A stretch of DNA of 64,000 nt from Nannocystales bacterium (lineage in GTDB: Bacteria; Myxococcota_A; Polyangia; Nannocystales; Nannocystaceae): the NCBI GenBank assembly GCA_050633305.1, contig JBOEGF010000002.1:153624-217623 (forward strand), written 5' to 3'. The notes below the pieces were generated by a model. It was not told the DNA's origin. It searched no databases and worked only from the letters and a program-made list of their open reading frames with translations. Each line of letters begins with the position of its first letter. The first letter of the stretch is position 1. Position numbers and translations under genes: made by a program. Below are positions 39,541 to 48,825 of the stretch, in pieces.

Positions 39541-39594
39541 CCCTACCGTGGTCAACGCTTGGCCAGAAATTCACCATAGGCGACCACGGTAGGG
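39541..39594. repeat. Perfect 13-bp inverted repeat
   Basis: CCCTACCGTGGTC, 28-nt loop, GACCACGGTAGGG. Confidence 0.85.
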
Positions 39595-39632
39595 AGAGAG
39601 ACTCGGCCGCTACGCTAAACAGCGGCTTCTAG

Positions 39633-39717
39633 CGGAGGAGGAGGGATTCGAACCCCCGGTGGGTTGCCCCACAACGGATTTCAAGTCCGCCACCATCGGC
39701 CACTCGGACACTCCTCC
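39633..39717 (-). tRNA. tRNA-Ser (anticodon TGA), CCA not encoded
   Basis: Acceptor stem GGAGGAG/CTCCTCC, anticodon arm GCGGA-CTTGAAA-TCCGT, long variable arm GTGGG-GCAA-CCCAC, T-loop GGTTCGAATCC, G discriminator. Confidence 0.96.
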
Positions 39718-39963
39718 GTGGCGCGGAAGGTAGCGGATTCGAGCCACAGGCGCCAGTACGAGCTGCAGGAGGGGTCAGAGGCCGCTGTGCGCCTGCGGAT
39801 GGCCCGGGGCGTTGGGACCACTCGGCCGCGCTTCAGAGCGTACCAGGGGCCTCAGCCGAGGTTCGCGGGAGTCGCGGATCCGGCCCGTCGGTGTGGCGAC
39901 GGGGCCCTGCCGCCCCGCAGGATCTGCCGGGTCCGCACCTCGGCGATCCCCTAGACCGCAGGT

Positions 39964-41085
39964 GTGAAGTGGTCCTGGAAGATCGGAACACTCGCCGGCA
40001 TCGAGGTGCGGGTGCATGCGACGTTCCTGCTGCTGATCACGTGGGTCGGGTGGGGCAACTATACGACGCAGGGGTCGATGCAGGCGGCGCTGGCGGGGGT
40101 GACGTTCATCGCGCTGCTGTTCGGTATCGTGGTGCTGCACGAGCTTGGCCACGCGTTGACGGCCCGCCGGTTTGGGGTGGCGACCCGGGACATCACGCTG
40201 CTTCCGATCGGGGGGGTGGCGCGTCTGGAACGGATGCCGGACAACCCTCGGCACGAGTTGGCGGTGGCGGTGGCGGGCCCGGGGGTGAACGTGGTGCTGG
40301 CGGCAGGACTGGCGACGGTCGGTCTGCTCGCGGGGATGGACATTCGACCTGCCGCAACGACGGACAACCTGGTGGCGCAGCTGCTGTGGATCAACGTCGG
40401 GCTTGCAACGTTCAACATGCTGCCGGCGTTCCCGCTCGACGGAGGCCGAGCCCTTCGCGCGCTGCTGGCGATGCGGATGCCAGACGTGCGGGCGACGGAG
40501 GTGGCGGCGCGGCTGGGCCAGGCGCTTGCGGTGGTGTTGGGCATCGCGGGGCTGTTCGGCAATGTGGTGCTGCTGCTCATCGCGGTGTTCATCTGGATGG
40601 GCGCCCGAGCAGAGACAACCGCAGCCCACCTCAAAGACGCGATGTCGGGCCTCACGGCGGGGCAAGCGGCGATCCGCGAGCTGCATGTGCTTTCGGTGAA
40701 CGACCGGGTGAGCACGGCGGTGGAGTACGCGCTGCACGGTTTTCAGCGCGACTTCCCCGTGCTGGAACACGGCCAGGTGGCGGGGGTGCTTTCACATCGG
40801 GCGCTGCTCAGTGCGCTCAGCGAAGAAGGTCGGGACAGCCCGGTCAGCACATTGATGGAACCGGACCCGGCCATGGTGCCGCCGACGATGGGCCTGTCGA
40901 AGGCGCTGGAGGCTTTGGAGACTGCGCCGTGTCGCTGCCTGCTGGTCGTGGATTCCCGCGGGCAACTGGCAGGCATGCTCACGGTTGATGCGGTGGGCGA
41001 GTTGATTGCAGTCCGAGAAGCGGTTCGCCGACGCGAAGCCCCGTTTGTCCCGGCGATGGCACGCGGCGCGGCAACCCGGCGATGA
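39964..41085 (+). CDS. Site-2 protease (M50) with C-terminal CBS domains
   Basis: HELGH, AGPGVN, FNMLPAFPLDGGR, CBS pair. Confidence 0.93.
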   Translation: MKWSWKIGTLAGIEVRVHATFLLLITWVGWGNYTTQGSMQAALAGVTFIALLFGIVVLHELGHALTARRFGVATRDITLLPIGGVARLERMPDNPRHELAVAVAGPGVNVVLAAGLATVGLLAGMDIRPAATTDNLVAQLLWINVGLATFNMLPAFPLDGGRALRALLAMRMPDVRATEVAARLGQALAVVLGIAGLFGNVVLLLIAVFIWMGARAETTAAHLKDAMSGLTAGQAAIRELHVLSVNDRVSTAVEYALHGFQRDFPVLEHGQVAGVLSHRALLSALSEEGRDSPVSTLMEPDPAMVPPTMGLSKALEALETAPCRCLLVVDSRGQLAGMLTVDAVGELIAVREAVRRREAPFVPAMARGAATRR

Positions 41086-42431
41086 ACATGGTCTCGCTCC
41101 AACAACTCGCGCCCGCGCCACTGCATCGGCTGGTGGACCAGGTTCAAGGTCTGCTCCGCAGTCGGCTGTGGCTCAAGGTCACGGTTGGTTTGGTCTTCGG
41201 GATGGTCGCGGGCTTCGCCCTGGGCCCCGACCTCGCTTGGGTCTCGCCCTCGACGAGCGCGGTGCTGGTGGAGTGGGCCGCGTTTCCAGGGCAACTCTTC
41301 CTGTCCGCGGTTCGCATGATGGTGGTGCCGTTGGTGTTCGCCTCGATCGTCGGCGGTCTGGCGGCCAGCGAAAACACGGACCAGCTCAAGGCGCTGGGCC
41401 TGCGGGCGGGGGCCTATTTCGTCTTCACCAGCGTGGTTGCAATCACGTTGGGGCTGGCCGTCGCGATGCTGCTCGCTCCAGGCTCGCTGATCGAGTTGGC
41501 CCCCGAGGCGACGACTCAGCCACAGACGACGGCCGCAGGCCTGCCCGAGATCCACGAGATCCCACAAGCTCTACTCGGCATCCTCCCCACCAACCCATTG
41601 GGCGCGCTGGCCACGGGGCAAATGTTGCAGATCGTGGTCTTTGCGTTTGTGATGGGCATCGCGCTGGTGGTGATGCCCTCCAAACGCTCGGCGCCCCTGC
41701 TGGACCTGCTGGAGTCCCTACAAGGGGTGTGCATGACGGTGGTGAAGTGGGCCATGAAGCTGGCCCCGATCGCGGTGTTTGGGCTTTCGGTGCGACTGAC
41801 GGCGACCGTGGGGATGGAGGCTCTCGCGGGTATGGCGGCTTACGTCGGCACGGTCTTGCTGGGGCTGGGGTTGCTGGTCGGATTCTATGCACTCATTGTG
41901 GCGGTTCTTGGACGGCGGTCGCCGTGGGCGTTTCTGGCGGCCATCCGAGACGTGCAGGTGCTGGGGTTCTCCACGTCGAGCTCCGCGGCGGTGATGCCGT
42001 TGTCGATGCAAACCGCCGAAGAGAAGCTCGGGGTCAAACCTGCGATGGCGCAGTTTGTCGTACCGCTGGGCGCGACGATCAACATGGACGGCACCGCCCT
42101 GTATCAGGGCGTCGCGACGGTCTTCCTCGCCCAAGCGTATGGCGTGGACCTGGGCGTGGGCGGGCTGGTCTTGATCGTGGTCACGGCGGTCGCCGCATCG
42201 ATCGGAGCCCCCGCTGCGCCCGGCGTCGGCATCGTGATCCTCTCGGGGATCCTCTCCTCGGCCGGGATTCCAGCGTCAGGCGTCGCGCTGCTGCTGGGTG
42301 TTGACCGCTTGCTCGACATGGCACGCACCAGCGTCAACGTGACCGGTGACCTCGTGGCCTGCGTCGTACTCGACCGGTGGCTCGCCACCCCGGACGAGGC
42401 CACACTGGCTGACAACGCGGCGCAGCCCTGA
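41082..42431 (+). CDS. Dicarboxylate/amino acid:cation symporter (DAACS)
   Basis: FSTSSSAAVMP, LGATINMDGT, VDRLLDMARTSVNVTGD. Confidence 0.95.
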   Translation: MNMVSLQQLAPAPLHRLVDQVQGLLRSRLWLKVTVGLVFGMVAGFALGPDLAWVSPSTSAVLVEWAAFPGQLFLSAVRMMVVPLVFASIVGGLAASENTDQLKALGLRAGAYFVFTSVVAITLGLAVAMLLAPGSLIELAPEATTQPQTTAAGLPEIHEIPQALLGILPTNPLGALATGQMLQIVVFAFVMGIALVVMPSKRSAPLLDLLESLQGVCMTVVKWAMKLAPIAVFGLSVRLTATVGMEALAGMAAYVGTVLLGLGLLVGFYALIVAVLGRRSPWAFLAAIRDVQVLGFSTSSSAAVMPLSMQTAEEKLGVKPAMAQFVVPLGATINMDGTALYQGVATVFLAQAYGVDLGVGGLVLIVVTAVAASIGAPAAPGVGIVILSGILSSAGIPASGVALLLGVDRLLDMARTSVNVTGDLVACVVLDRWLATPDEATLADNAAQP

Positions 42432-42434
42432 GCC

Positions 42435-42803
42435 CTACGGCTCTTCCAACCACGCCTCGGCGGTGGCCTGCTGCTCGAGCCCGAAGCCCCGGATCTCGAC
42501 CCCAGGAATCAGCGCGCCCTCGAGCTCGCTAATCCTCTTGAGCCACCGCTGGTCGGCCAAGACAGCACAGCGCCGGAACTTACGGACGAACCCAAGCATG
42601 GAGGGCAGGCGCGCGAACTCGACCTTCAAGCCCGCAAACGTCGGTAGGGCGAACTCGCCCACCCGAAACAGCATCTGACCGTGCTCCAACCCCTCCGTCT
42701 CGCGGATCAGGCTGTCGAGGGCTGCGTTCATCTCGTCGCCATCGAGCTTGCCGCTGGACTCGATCTCGACGCGAATCGGACTCACGCGGGTCACGGTGAA
42801 CAT
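42435..42803 (-). CDS. STAS/SEC14 (SpoIIAA-like) domain protein
   Basis: GKLD, KFRRCAVLADQRW, EIRGF...AEAWL. Confidence 0.85.
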   Translation of the reverse strand: MFTVTRVSPIRVEIESSGKLDGDEMNAALDSLIRETEGLEHGQMLFRVGEFALPTFAGLKVEFARLPSMLGFVRKFRRCAVLADQRWLKRISELEGALIPGVEIRGFGLEQQATAEAWLEEP

Positions 42804-42900
42804 GCAAGAACCCTACACCGCCAGCAGGGGCGTTGAGGCGGCGGCAAGAATGCAGATCGTGCGCCCTCGGCTGGGGACGACGACCCACGGACGACAACTC

Positions 42901-43296
42901 TCAACGATGCTCTTGCAGCAAGTCGAGGAACACCATGAAATCGATCGGCTTGTTCAAGAACCCGTCCGCGCCAACATCTTCGGCAAGCCGTCTGGCATCG
43001 AGGGTGCGGTGACCGGTGATGATAATGACCGGCGTTTCCTTGCAGCGGCGTCTGATCTCCGCGACGACTTCGTCTCCGGAGATTCGCGGCATCTCGAGGT
43101 CGGTCACAACGACGGAAGGCTCCGCGGTCCCGAAGGCATCGAGCGCCTCTGCACCATCGGCGGCCAGCACGACGTGATAGCCCTCCTCTTCGAGAAAGTC
43201 CTTCGCGGCGGTCCGCGTGGTTTCGTCGTCGTCCACAAAGAGGACGGTCCGCCTCGGCTCTGTTCGCTGTTCCAACGCTCGCGTCCCCGTACCCAC
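42901..43296 (-). CDS. Single-domain response regulator
   Basis: FVDDD, TDLEMP, ITG, KP. Confidence 0.9.
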   Translation of the reverse strand: MGTGTRALEQRTEPRRTVLFVDDDETTRTAAKDFLEEEGYHVVLAADGAEALDAFGTAEPSVVVTDLEMPRISGDEVVAEIRRRCKETPVIIITGHRTLDARRLAEDVGADGFLNKPIDFMVFLDLLQEHR

Positions 43297-43439
43297 TGAC
43301 GGTACAGCCGATCAACACACCTCTGGCGGCAAACCCAGCGCTCAAATGCTCAACGCCAGAATGGAACCGGCGTTTTTCCGGGCATCGCGCAATTCCTGCG
43401 CGCTTTGGTGTAGACCTAGAACCTCGAACAGGCCGCGCC

Positions 43440-43958
43440 ATGGAACGCTCCGACAAGCTTCGCATCGCCGACGTCGCGCTGAACCGCGACGTATTCCTGC
43501 GAAGCCTGGTCCGAGAGCTCGCCGGGACGCTCGAGAGCGTCGTGGGCATGGCCGACGCTGTGGGCTTCATCAGCGTGGTCGGGCAGAACATCGGCCAGCA
43601 GATGGAGGCCGACTACAAGGCAGCATTGAAAGTCGACTCGCTTTCTCGCGAACAGGTCGCCGACGTCCTCGTCGATCTCAAGCGCAGGATCCAAGGCGAC
43701 TTCCGGGTCGTCGAGGAGAGCGACGAAAAGATCGTGCTGGGCAACCGAGCCTGTCCGTTCGGCGACAAGGTCATCGACCGCCCGTCGCTGTGCATGATGA
43801 CCTCAAACGTATTCGGCAACATCGCCGCGAACAACCTCGGCTATGCCCGTGTCGTTCTCGACGAGACCATCGCCGCGGGTTCTCCTGGTTGTTTGGTCAC
43901 GATCTTCCTCAAGCAGGGCTCGGGCTCTGACGAGGGCCGCGAGTACTTCCAGGACTGA
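43440..43958 (+). CDS. Methanogen output domain 1 (MetOD1)-type protein
   Basis: [34 protein letters not shown]. Confidence 0.8.
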   Translation: MERSDKLRIADVALNRDVFLRSLVRELAGTLESVVGMADAVGFISVVGQNIGQQMEADYKAALKVDSLSREQVADVLVDLKRRIQGDFRVVEESDEKIVLGNRACPFGDKVIDRPSLCMMTSNVFGNIAANNLGYARVVLDETIAAGSPGCLVTIFLKQGSGSDEGREYFQD

Positions 43959-43966
43959 GTTCGTCG

Positions 43967-45502
43967 ATGAACCCACAGAGCTTCGCAGAGCTGGCCAAGC
44001 TGGTTCCTGCCCCGATGATTCTGTTGGACGCGGCGGGGCGCGTGCTGAAGGCCAGCCCAGGCCTGGGTCGCAAAGCCCTGTGGTTGGCGCACCCAGAAGA
44101 GCGACTGCTGACCGACCTGGTCGAAGACCCCCAAGAGGACATCACCCAATACCTGCAGCGATGCAGACGCAGCTCCCAACCATCCATTGGCGCGGTCACG
44201 CTTCGCAACCGTGAAACCGACGGGAGCGGGATTCGGTGCCGCTGCTATGGGGCCGGCGTCGCCCAAAGTGAGGGGACATCGCGACTGGTGGTTCTCCGAC
44301 TGGTGCCCGTGCACACCAGCGGCGAACACGACCCGTTCCAAACGCTGACCGAACGCATCCGCCGGCGCGACGACGCCAGGCGAGGCCAACACGAGTCCGC
44401 GGTGGAAGTGGCCGCAAGCGAACGGCGACTGTCGTACTTGGTCGAGACCACGCAGGACGCGGTTGTCTTCATCGACGGCGAGCACAACATCGACCGCTTC
44501 AACGCCTCGGCGGAGCAGACGTTCGGATATGCCCGGGAGGAGGTCCTCGGGAAGCCGGTCACGATGCTCATGCCCGAGCCGCACCAGTCCAAACACGAGC
44601 GGTACATCGCTCGATACGAAGAGACTGGAGAAGCGCAGGCGGTCGGACAGATTCGAGAAGTCCGGGCGTTGCGAAAGGACGGCACCGAGTTTCCGATGGA
44701 GCTGTCGGTCACTCCCCTCGAGCCGGAAGCCGGTCGATACGCGGCGTTCATTCGCGACACGTCGAGGCGACGAGCCTTGCAGGAGCGAATCTTGAGCAAG
44801 GAGCGGCTCGCGGCTGTCGGGGAGACCGCAGCGATGTTTGCCCACGAGGTCTCCAACCCGCTCAACGGCATGTCCATGCATGCTCAGCTGCTCGAGCGCC
44901 GCTTGAAGAAGGCCGGCGTGGACGACGAGAAGATCAAGAACAACGTCGCGTTGATCGCCAAGGAGATCCACCGCCTCACCGGCCTCCTCAACGACTTCCG
45001 CGGCCTGTCCAAGGGACAACAGCTGTACCGCTTTTCCCCGACCCGACTCCAGGATCTCCTCGGGGAGCTCTGCGAAGAGCAAGCGCCGATCCACCGTGCG
45101 CTCAAGATCGCCACGCAAGTCGAGATCCCCGATGCGGTCCCGATGGTCAGCGTCGACCGCGACAAGCTCAAGCAAGCACTGCTCAACCTGTGCAAGAACG
45201 CCTCCGAGGCGATGTCCGATGGCGGCACTCTCACGGTGAAGCTCGAGGGCGGTGAGCAGACCGTTTGCGTCGAGATCGGTGACACCGGTTGCGGGATCCC
45301 AAGCGAGGTCGATGTGTTCAAGCCGTTCGCGACCACCAAGTTTGGCGGCACCGGCTTGGGCATGCCCGTCGTCCGCCAGATCGTGGACGCGCACGGCGGG
45401 ACCATCAGCTACGACAGCAAGCCGGGTGTGGGGACGACGTTCCGACTCGAGCTCCCCATCGCCGCGCCAGGGAGCGAGTCACCACCCCTGGTTGCGGACT
45501 GA
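43967..45502 (+). CDS. PAS-domain sensor histidine kinase (class I, soluble)
   Basis: FixL-like PAS (FNASAE..FGY, LMPEPH...HERY); HEVSNPL, NLCKNA, DTGCG, GGTGLG. Confidence 0.93.
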   Translation: MNPQSFAELAKLVPAPMILLDAAGRVLKASPGLGRKALWLAHPEERLLTDLVEDPQEDITQYLQRCRRSSQPSIGAVTLRNRETDGSGIRCRCYGAGVAQSEGTSRLVVLRLVPVHTSGEHDPFQTLTERIRRRDDARRGQHESAVEVAASERRLSYLVETTQDAVVFIDGEHNIDRFNASAEQTFGYAREEVLGKPVTMLMPEPHQSKHERYIARYEETGEAQAVGQIREVRALRKDGTEFPMELSVTPLEPEAGRYAAFIRDTSRRRALQERILSKERLAAVGETAAMFAHEVSNPLNGMSMHAQLLERRLKKAGVDDEKIKNNVALIAKEIHRLTGLLNDFRGLSKGQQLYRFSPTRLQDLLGELCEEQAPIHRALKIATQVEIPDAVPMVSVDRDKLKQALLNLCKNASEAMSDGGTLTVKLEGGEQTVCVEIGDTGCGIPSEVDVFKPFATTKFGGTGLGMPVVRQIVDAHGGTISYDSKPGVGTTFRLELPIAAPGSESPPLVAD

Positions 45503-45636
45503 CACACAGAAGCGTTGCACCCCGCCACGGACGCCTCCTGCGATCCAGCGCACAGAATCGAAGGCAACCCTTCGAGATCCGACGTAGATTCTCCGAGCCG
45601 TGTAGAGCTGGCCCGCGTTTCGAAATGAACGCTGGC

Positions 45637-46047
45637 ATGACTTACCGACTGGCTCTCGTTCTCGCCCCGACCCTCGTCCTCGCCGCCTGCGCGGGTCCGG
45701 TCCAGGCTCCAGTGTCTCGAGCACCGACGACCGCCAGCCCCGATTCATTCGCCTCCTTGGATTCGCCCCCACCCGCGCCCCTACCGGAGCGTGTGGACGC
45801 CCCCGCACCCGATGCGCAGGCGCTCCTCGTCGCGTCGGCGATGTCGTTCCTCGGCAAGACGACGGCGGAGTACGATGGAATGTCGATGGTGATCGTCGAG
45901 CACGATCCGGCGGAGTTGCTCGACGAAGCGTTCGCAGACCGAAGCTTCTGCGAGCTGGTTGCCGCGGCAGATGTCGAGCCACACGATGGCGTGCTCACCC
46001 CATCAGAGGCGCAGCACCTCGAGCTGTCGGTCTTGGCGTCACTGTAG
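45637..46047 (+). CDS. Hypothetical lipoprotein
   Basis: MTYRLALVLAPTLVLAAC. Confidence 0.7.
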   Translation: MTYRLALVLAPTLVLAACAGPVQAPVSRAPTTASPDSFASLDSPPPAPLPERVDAPAPDAQALLVASAMSFLGKTTAEYDGMSMVIVEHDPAELLDEAFADRSFCELVAAADVEPHDGVLTPSEAQHLELSVLASL

Positions 46048-46066
46048 GGGTTCGCGAGAGAACCCC
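46047..46066 (+). terminator. Hairpin at the stop codon (no U-tract)
   Basis: GGGGTTC-gcgaga-GAACCCC. Confidence 0.35.
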
Positions 46067-46124
46067 CGAGGGACGGTCCCACGGTGGGACCTCCGAACAG
46101 CTGGCCCCCTGCTACGATGGGGAG

Positions 46125-46532
46125 ATGGCCTACGGGTTCGACAACCACTCCCACGCACCCATCTTGGTGTTGTGGTGGAGCGGAGCGACCCTCCGGGAAG
46201 ATGTCACGACGTGTCTCGACGAACTCAGCCGACGGTTCGGGAGCTGGGATGCGCCCGGACGCGTCGTGTTCGACTTCGCTGAAGTGGGTGACTTCAACGC
46301 GGACATGCGCCGCCTCCTCGCGTCCTGGCGAGCCCGAAATCGCCAACTCATCCAGGACCGCGTCGACGCGGCAGCATACGTCTTCACCTCCAGGCTTTCC
46401 CGCGGTTACTTGACCGCGGTCGACTGGCTCAAGCCAACGCCCGACTTCGCCCGACGCTTCTTCGCCACGCGAGCTGAGGCCGTGCGCTGGTTGGAGTCCA
46501 TGGCGCCAAACACCGCCGCCACAGGCGCATGA
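46125..46532 (+). CDS. Hypothetical STAS/SEC14-like protein
   Basis: VVFDF, AAAYV, LTAVDWLKP, FATRAEAVRWL. Confidence 0.7.
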   Translation: MAYGFDNHSHAPILVLWWSGATLREDVTTCLDELSRRFGSWDAPGRVVFDFAEVGDFNADMRRLLASWRARNRQLIQDRVDAAAYVFTSRLSRGYLTAVDWLKPTPDFARRFFATRAEAVRWLESMAPNTAATGA

Positions 46533-46734
46533 ACGAGCCCAGGCGCGGGGATTGGCGATGACGCGTTTGGATTGCCCGCTGTCGGGCTTGGCGAGAGCGC
46601 TGTCGCGGAAGACGAACTACGTTGTGGCCACAGGGAGCCATGCCTGAGCACAAGATTGACAACAGCATCGCCGCCGGTTCGGGCTCTCGGACGCTCTGCG
46701 TCTTCTGGCGCTCACTGTCCGAGGCCGCCCTCGC

Positions 46735-47736
46735 GTGAGCAACGGAAAGGACTACCGGCTCGCTCCTTCGTGGCGAGCGCAAATCTCGGAGATGGGTCTC
46801 GAGCCCGCCGACATCCTCCGCCTCGCAGGCCTTCCCGAGGATCTGCTCTCTCAACCTGAGGTCCGTGTTTCGGGCACTGACTTCTTCAACCTGTGGAACG
46901 CGGCAGAGTCACTGTGTCCGGGCATCGAGCTGGCACTGGAGGCGGTCCGGCGCACGACCGCTGAGACGTTCTCTCCACCCGCGTTTGCAGCGTTGTGCAG
47001 TCCCAACTTTGCGACCGCGCTCGAACGCCTCGCGACCTACAAACAGGTCTGCGCTCCCGTGCGGCTCGAGCTCGAGCCCACGAACGACGACGGTCTTCGG
47101 GCCACGATTCGCTGGCTCAACAGCACGACTCCCCCTCCCCCATCGCTCTCGACCATGGAGCTCGCGTTCCTCGTTCGGATCGGCCGCATGGGAACACGTC
47201 AACCCATCGCCCCCACCGCGGTCGCCCTTCCGCAGATGCCGGAGAGAGTGCAGCCCTACGAAGAGTATTTCGGAACCCCGATCGGCACTTCGGTTCCGGG
47301 GTGGATCGAATTCGGTCGCGAAGCGCTGGTAACCCCGTTCCTGACCTCGAACGACGAGATGTGGAACACATTCGAGCCCAGTATGCGGCGGCGCCTGGCG
47401 ACCTTGAGCGGCGCCGCGAGCACGACAGAACGCCTACGAGCGGTCCTGCTGGAGTCCTTGCCCAGCGGCCGAGCCAGCATCGCCGATGTCTCCCAGCGCC
47501 TCGGCGTGGGCGCCCGAACACTCCAGCGACGGCTCCGCGCCGAAGACTCCAGCTTCAACAATGTACTGGCCAGCGTCCGTGAACAACTCGCTCGGCACTA
47601 CCTGGCCAGCACCGAGCTGTCATGCAACGAGATCGCGTTCCTGCTGGGCTACGCGGAGCCGAACTCCTTCTTCCGCGCGTTTCAGGGATGGACCGGCGAG
47701 TCACCCGAGCGCCACCGCCAGGCCCAGGTTCATTGA
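46735..47736 (+). CDS. AraC-family transcriptional regulator
   Basis: RTLQRRL, EIAFLLGYAEPNSFFRAF..WTG.SP. Confidence 0.93.
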   Translation: MSNGKDYRLAPSWRAQISEMGLEPADILRLAGLPEDLLSQPEVRVSGTDFFNLWNAAESLCPGIELALEAVRRTTAETFSPPAFAALCSPNFATALERLATYKQVCAPVRLELEPTNDDGLRATIRWLNSTTPPPPSLSTMELAFLVRIGRMGTRQPIAPTAVALPQMPERVQPYEEYFGTPIGTSVPGWIEFGREALVTPFLTSNDEMWNTFEPSMRRRLATLSGAASTTERLRAVLLESLPSGRASIADVSQRLGVGARTLQRRLRAEDSSFNNVLASVREQLARHYLASTELSCNEIAFLLGYAEPNSFFRAFQGWTGESPERHRQAQVH

Positions 47737-47746
47737 GCCACCTCCG

Positions 47747-48655
47747 TCAGCCCTGATCGGCTGCGCGTCGTTTGAGCACCCGGAGACTATGGAACCCGTG
47801 GCAACAGTGGCCGCTCTCCGCCTGCTCTACATCGATCCCCAACGAAGCGCCGTCTGGCAGCTCAAGCGCGCCTCGATGGCCCGAGACAAGGGTCATCGAC
47901 TGTTCGGCGTATTCGAACTGCAACGCCAACTTGCCAACATCAGCATCGATATCGCCGGGCAACGGAGCACCGCACGCGTCGTAGCTTCCGACCGCCTCGA
48001 TCCGCGACGTGAGTGTCTCGAGCCCTGCGTCGACGTCGTCTCCATCGATCCCCTGCGCGAGAAGGTCGGACCCCCGAGCCAGGTCGAACCAATCGAAGCC
48101 CCCGAACTCGTTCCTGTTGTGGATCGCCTGCAGACGGACCTCGTCGCCGGGGGCCCAGTCGGGGTCCTCTTCCGCGACCGCGGCAACCGAAACCGTAGCG
48201 GTCCGAGAGGTCTCCGCATCGCTGCAGTCGAGTTCCGTGGCCCAAACGCCGTCGGCGACATCGACCGACGAGATCAGACAGTCGTCATCGATATCGTAGA
48301 AGCCATAGCCGTTGTCGATCTCCCAGCCGTCCAGGGTGACGTCGAACGCGGCATCGACTTCGGGGTCCGAGGCTGCACATGCGGGGTCGAACGGATCGGG
48401 TCCGTCCGTGTCCGTGTCCGTGTCCGTGTCCATGTCCGTGTCCGTGTCCGTGTCGTCGGAGTCCCCGTTGGTGTCCGTGTCGCCAGTGGTGACGGTCCCG
48501 AGCGAATCCGTGTCCGGTTCGTCCGTTCCGGTCGCGCCAGGCTCGGTGTCTGCGTTTTCGGTTCCAGCCGTGGACGCGTCCGCGCCATCACCTCCGGTGT
48601 CGCAAGCGATCGCCAGACCTGCCATGAGGCCAAGCAACATTCCTTTCAATCGCAT
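47747..48655 (-). CDS. Hypothetical lipoprotein with a (DT)n linker
   Basis: Lipobox LAIAC; DTDTDTDMDTDTDTDTD. Confidence 0.8.
   Translation of the reverse strand: MRLKGMLLGLMAGLAIACDTGGDGADASTAGTENADTEPGATGTDEPDTDSLGTVTTGDTDTNGDSDDTDTDTDMDTDTDTDTDGPDPFDPACAASDPEVDAAFDVTLDGWEIDNGYGFYDIDDDCLISSVDVADGVWATELDCSDAETSRTATVSVAAVAEEDPDWAPGDEVRLQAIHNRNEFGGFDWFDLARGSDLLAQGIDGDDVDAGLETLTSRIEAVGSYDACGAPLPGDIDADVGKLALQFEYAEQSMTLVSGHRGALELPDGASLGIDVEQAESGHCCHGFHSLRVLKRRAADQG
48405..48454. repeat. Hexamer tandem repeat (GTGTCC)n encoding Asp-Thr
   Basis: About 8 near-perfect units within the coding region. Confidence 0.85.
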
Positions 48656-48718
48656 GGCGTCGGTCTACTGCACGCCGAGTGCCAGCCGGTTTTCAGGGCG
48701 ATACGAGCCCCGGCAGAC

Positions 48719-48766
48719 TGAAGAACGACATCTTTGTCGGGGTGAAGAACGACATCTTTGTCGGGG
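48719..48766. repeat. Perfect 24-bp tandem duplication
   Basis: TGAAGAACGACATCTTTGTCGGGG twice; each unit contains CGACA-N4-TGTCG. Confidence 0.92.
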
Positions 48767-48825
48767 ACTTCGCTCGACGGGAGTGCCGGCTGTGGGCCCG
48801 GACAGCGCACAGCAGCCGAAGAAGC

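Noticed and set aside
39257..39594. Retron msr/msd or integron attC interpretation of the hairpins
   Set aside because: No reverse transcriptase or integron integrase in the window, and no RYYYAAC/GTTRRRY ends on the stems.
39668..39690. tRNA read as selenocysteine or suppressor tRNA
   Set aside because: The anticodon is TGA (reads UCA, Ser), not TCA, and the acceptor stem is a normal 7 bp.
48719..48766. Possible CRISPR array
   Set aside because: Only two abutting copies, no spacer and no cas genes.
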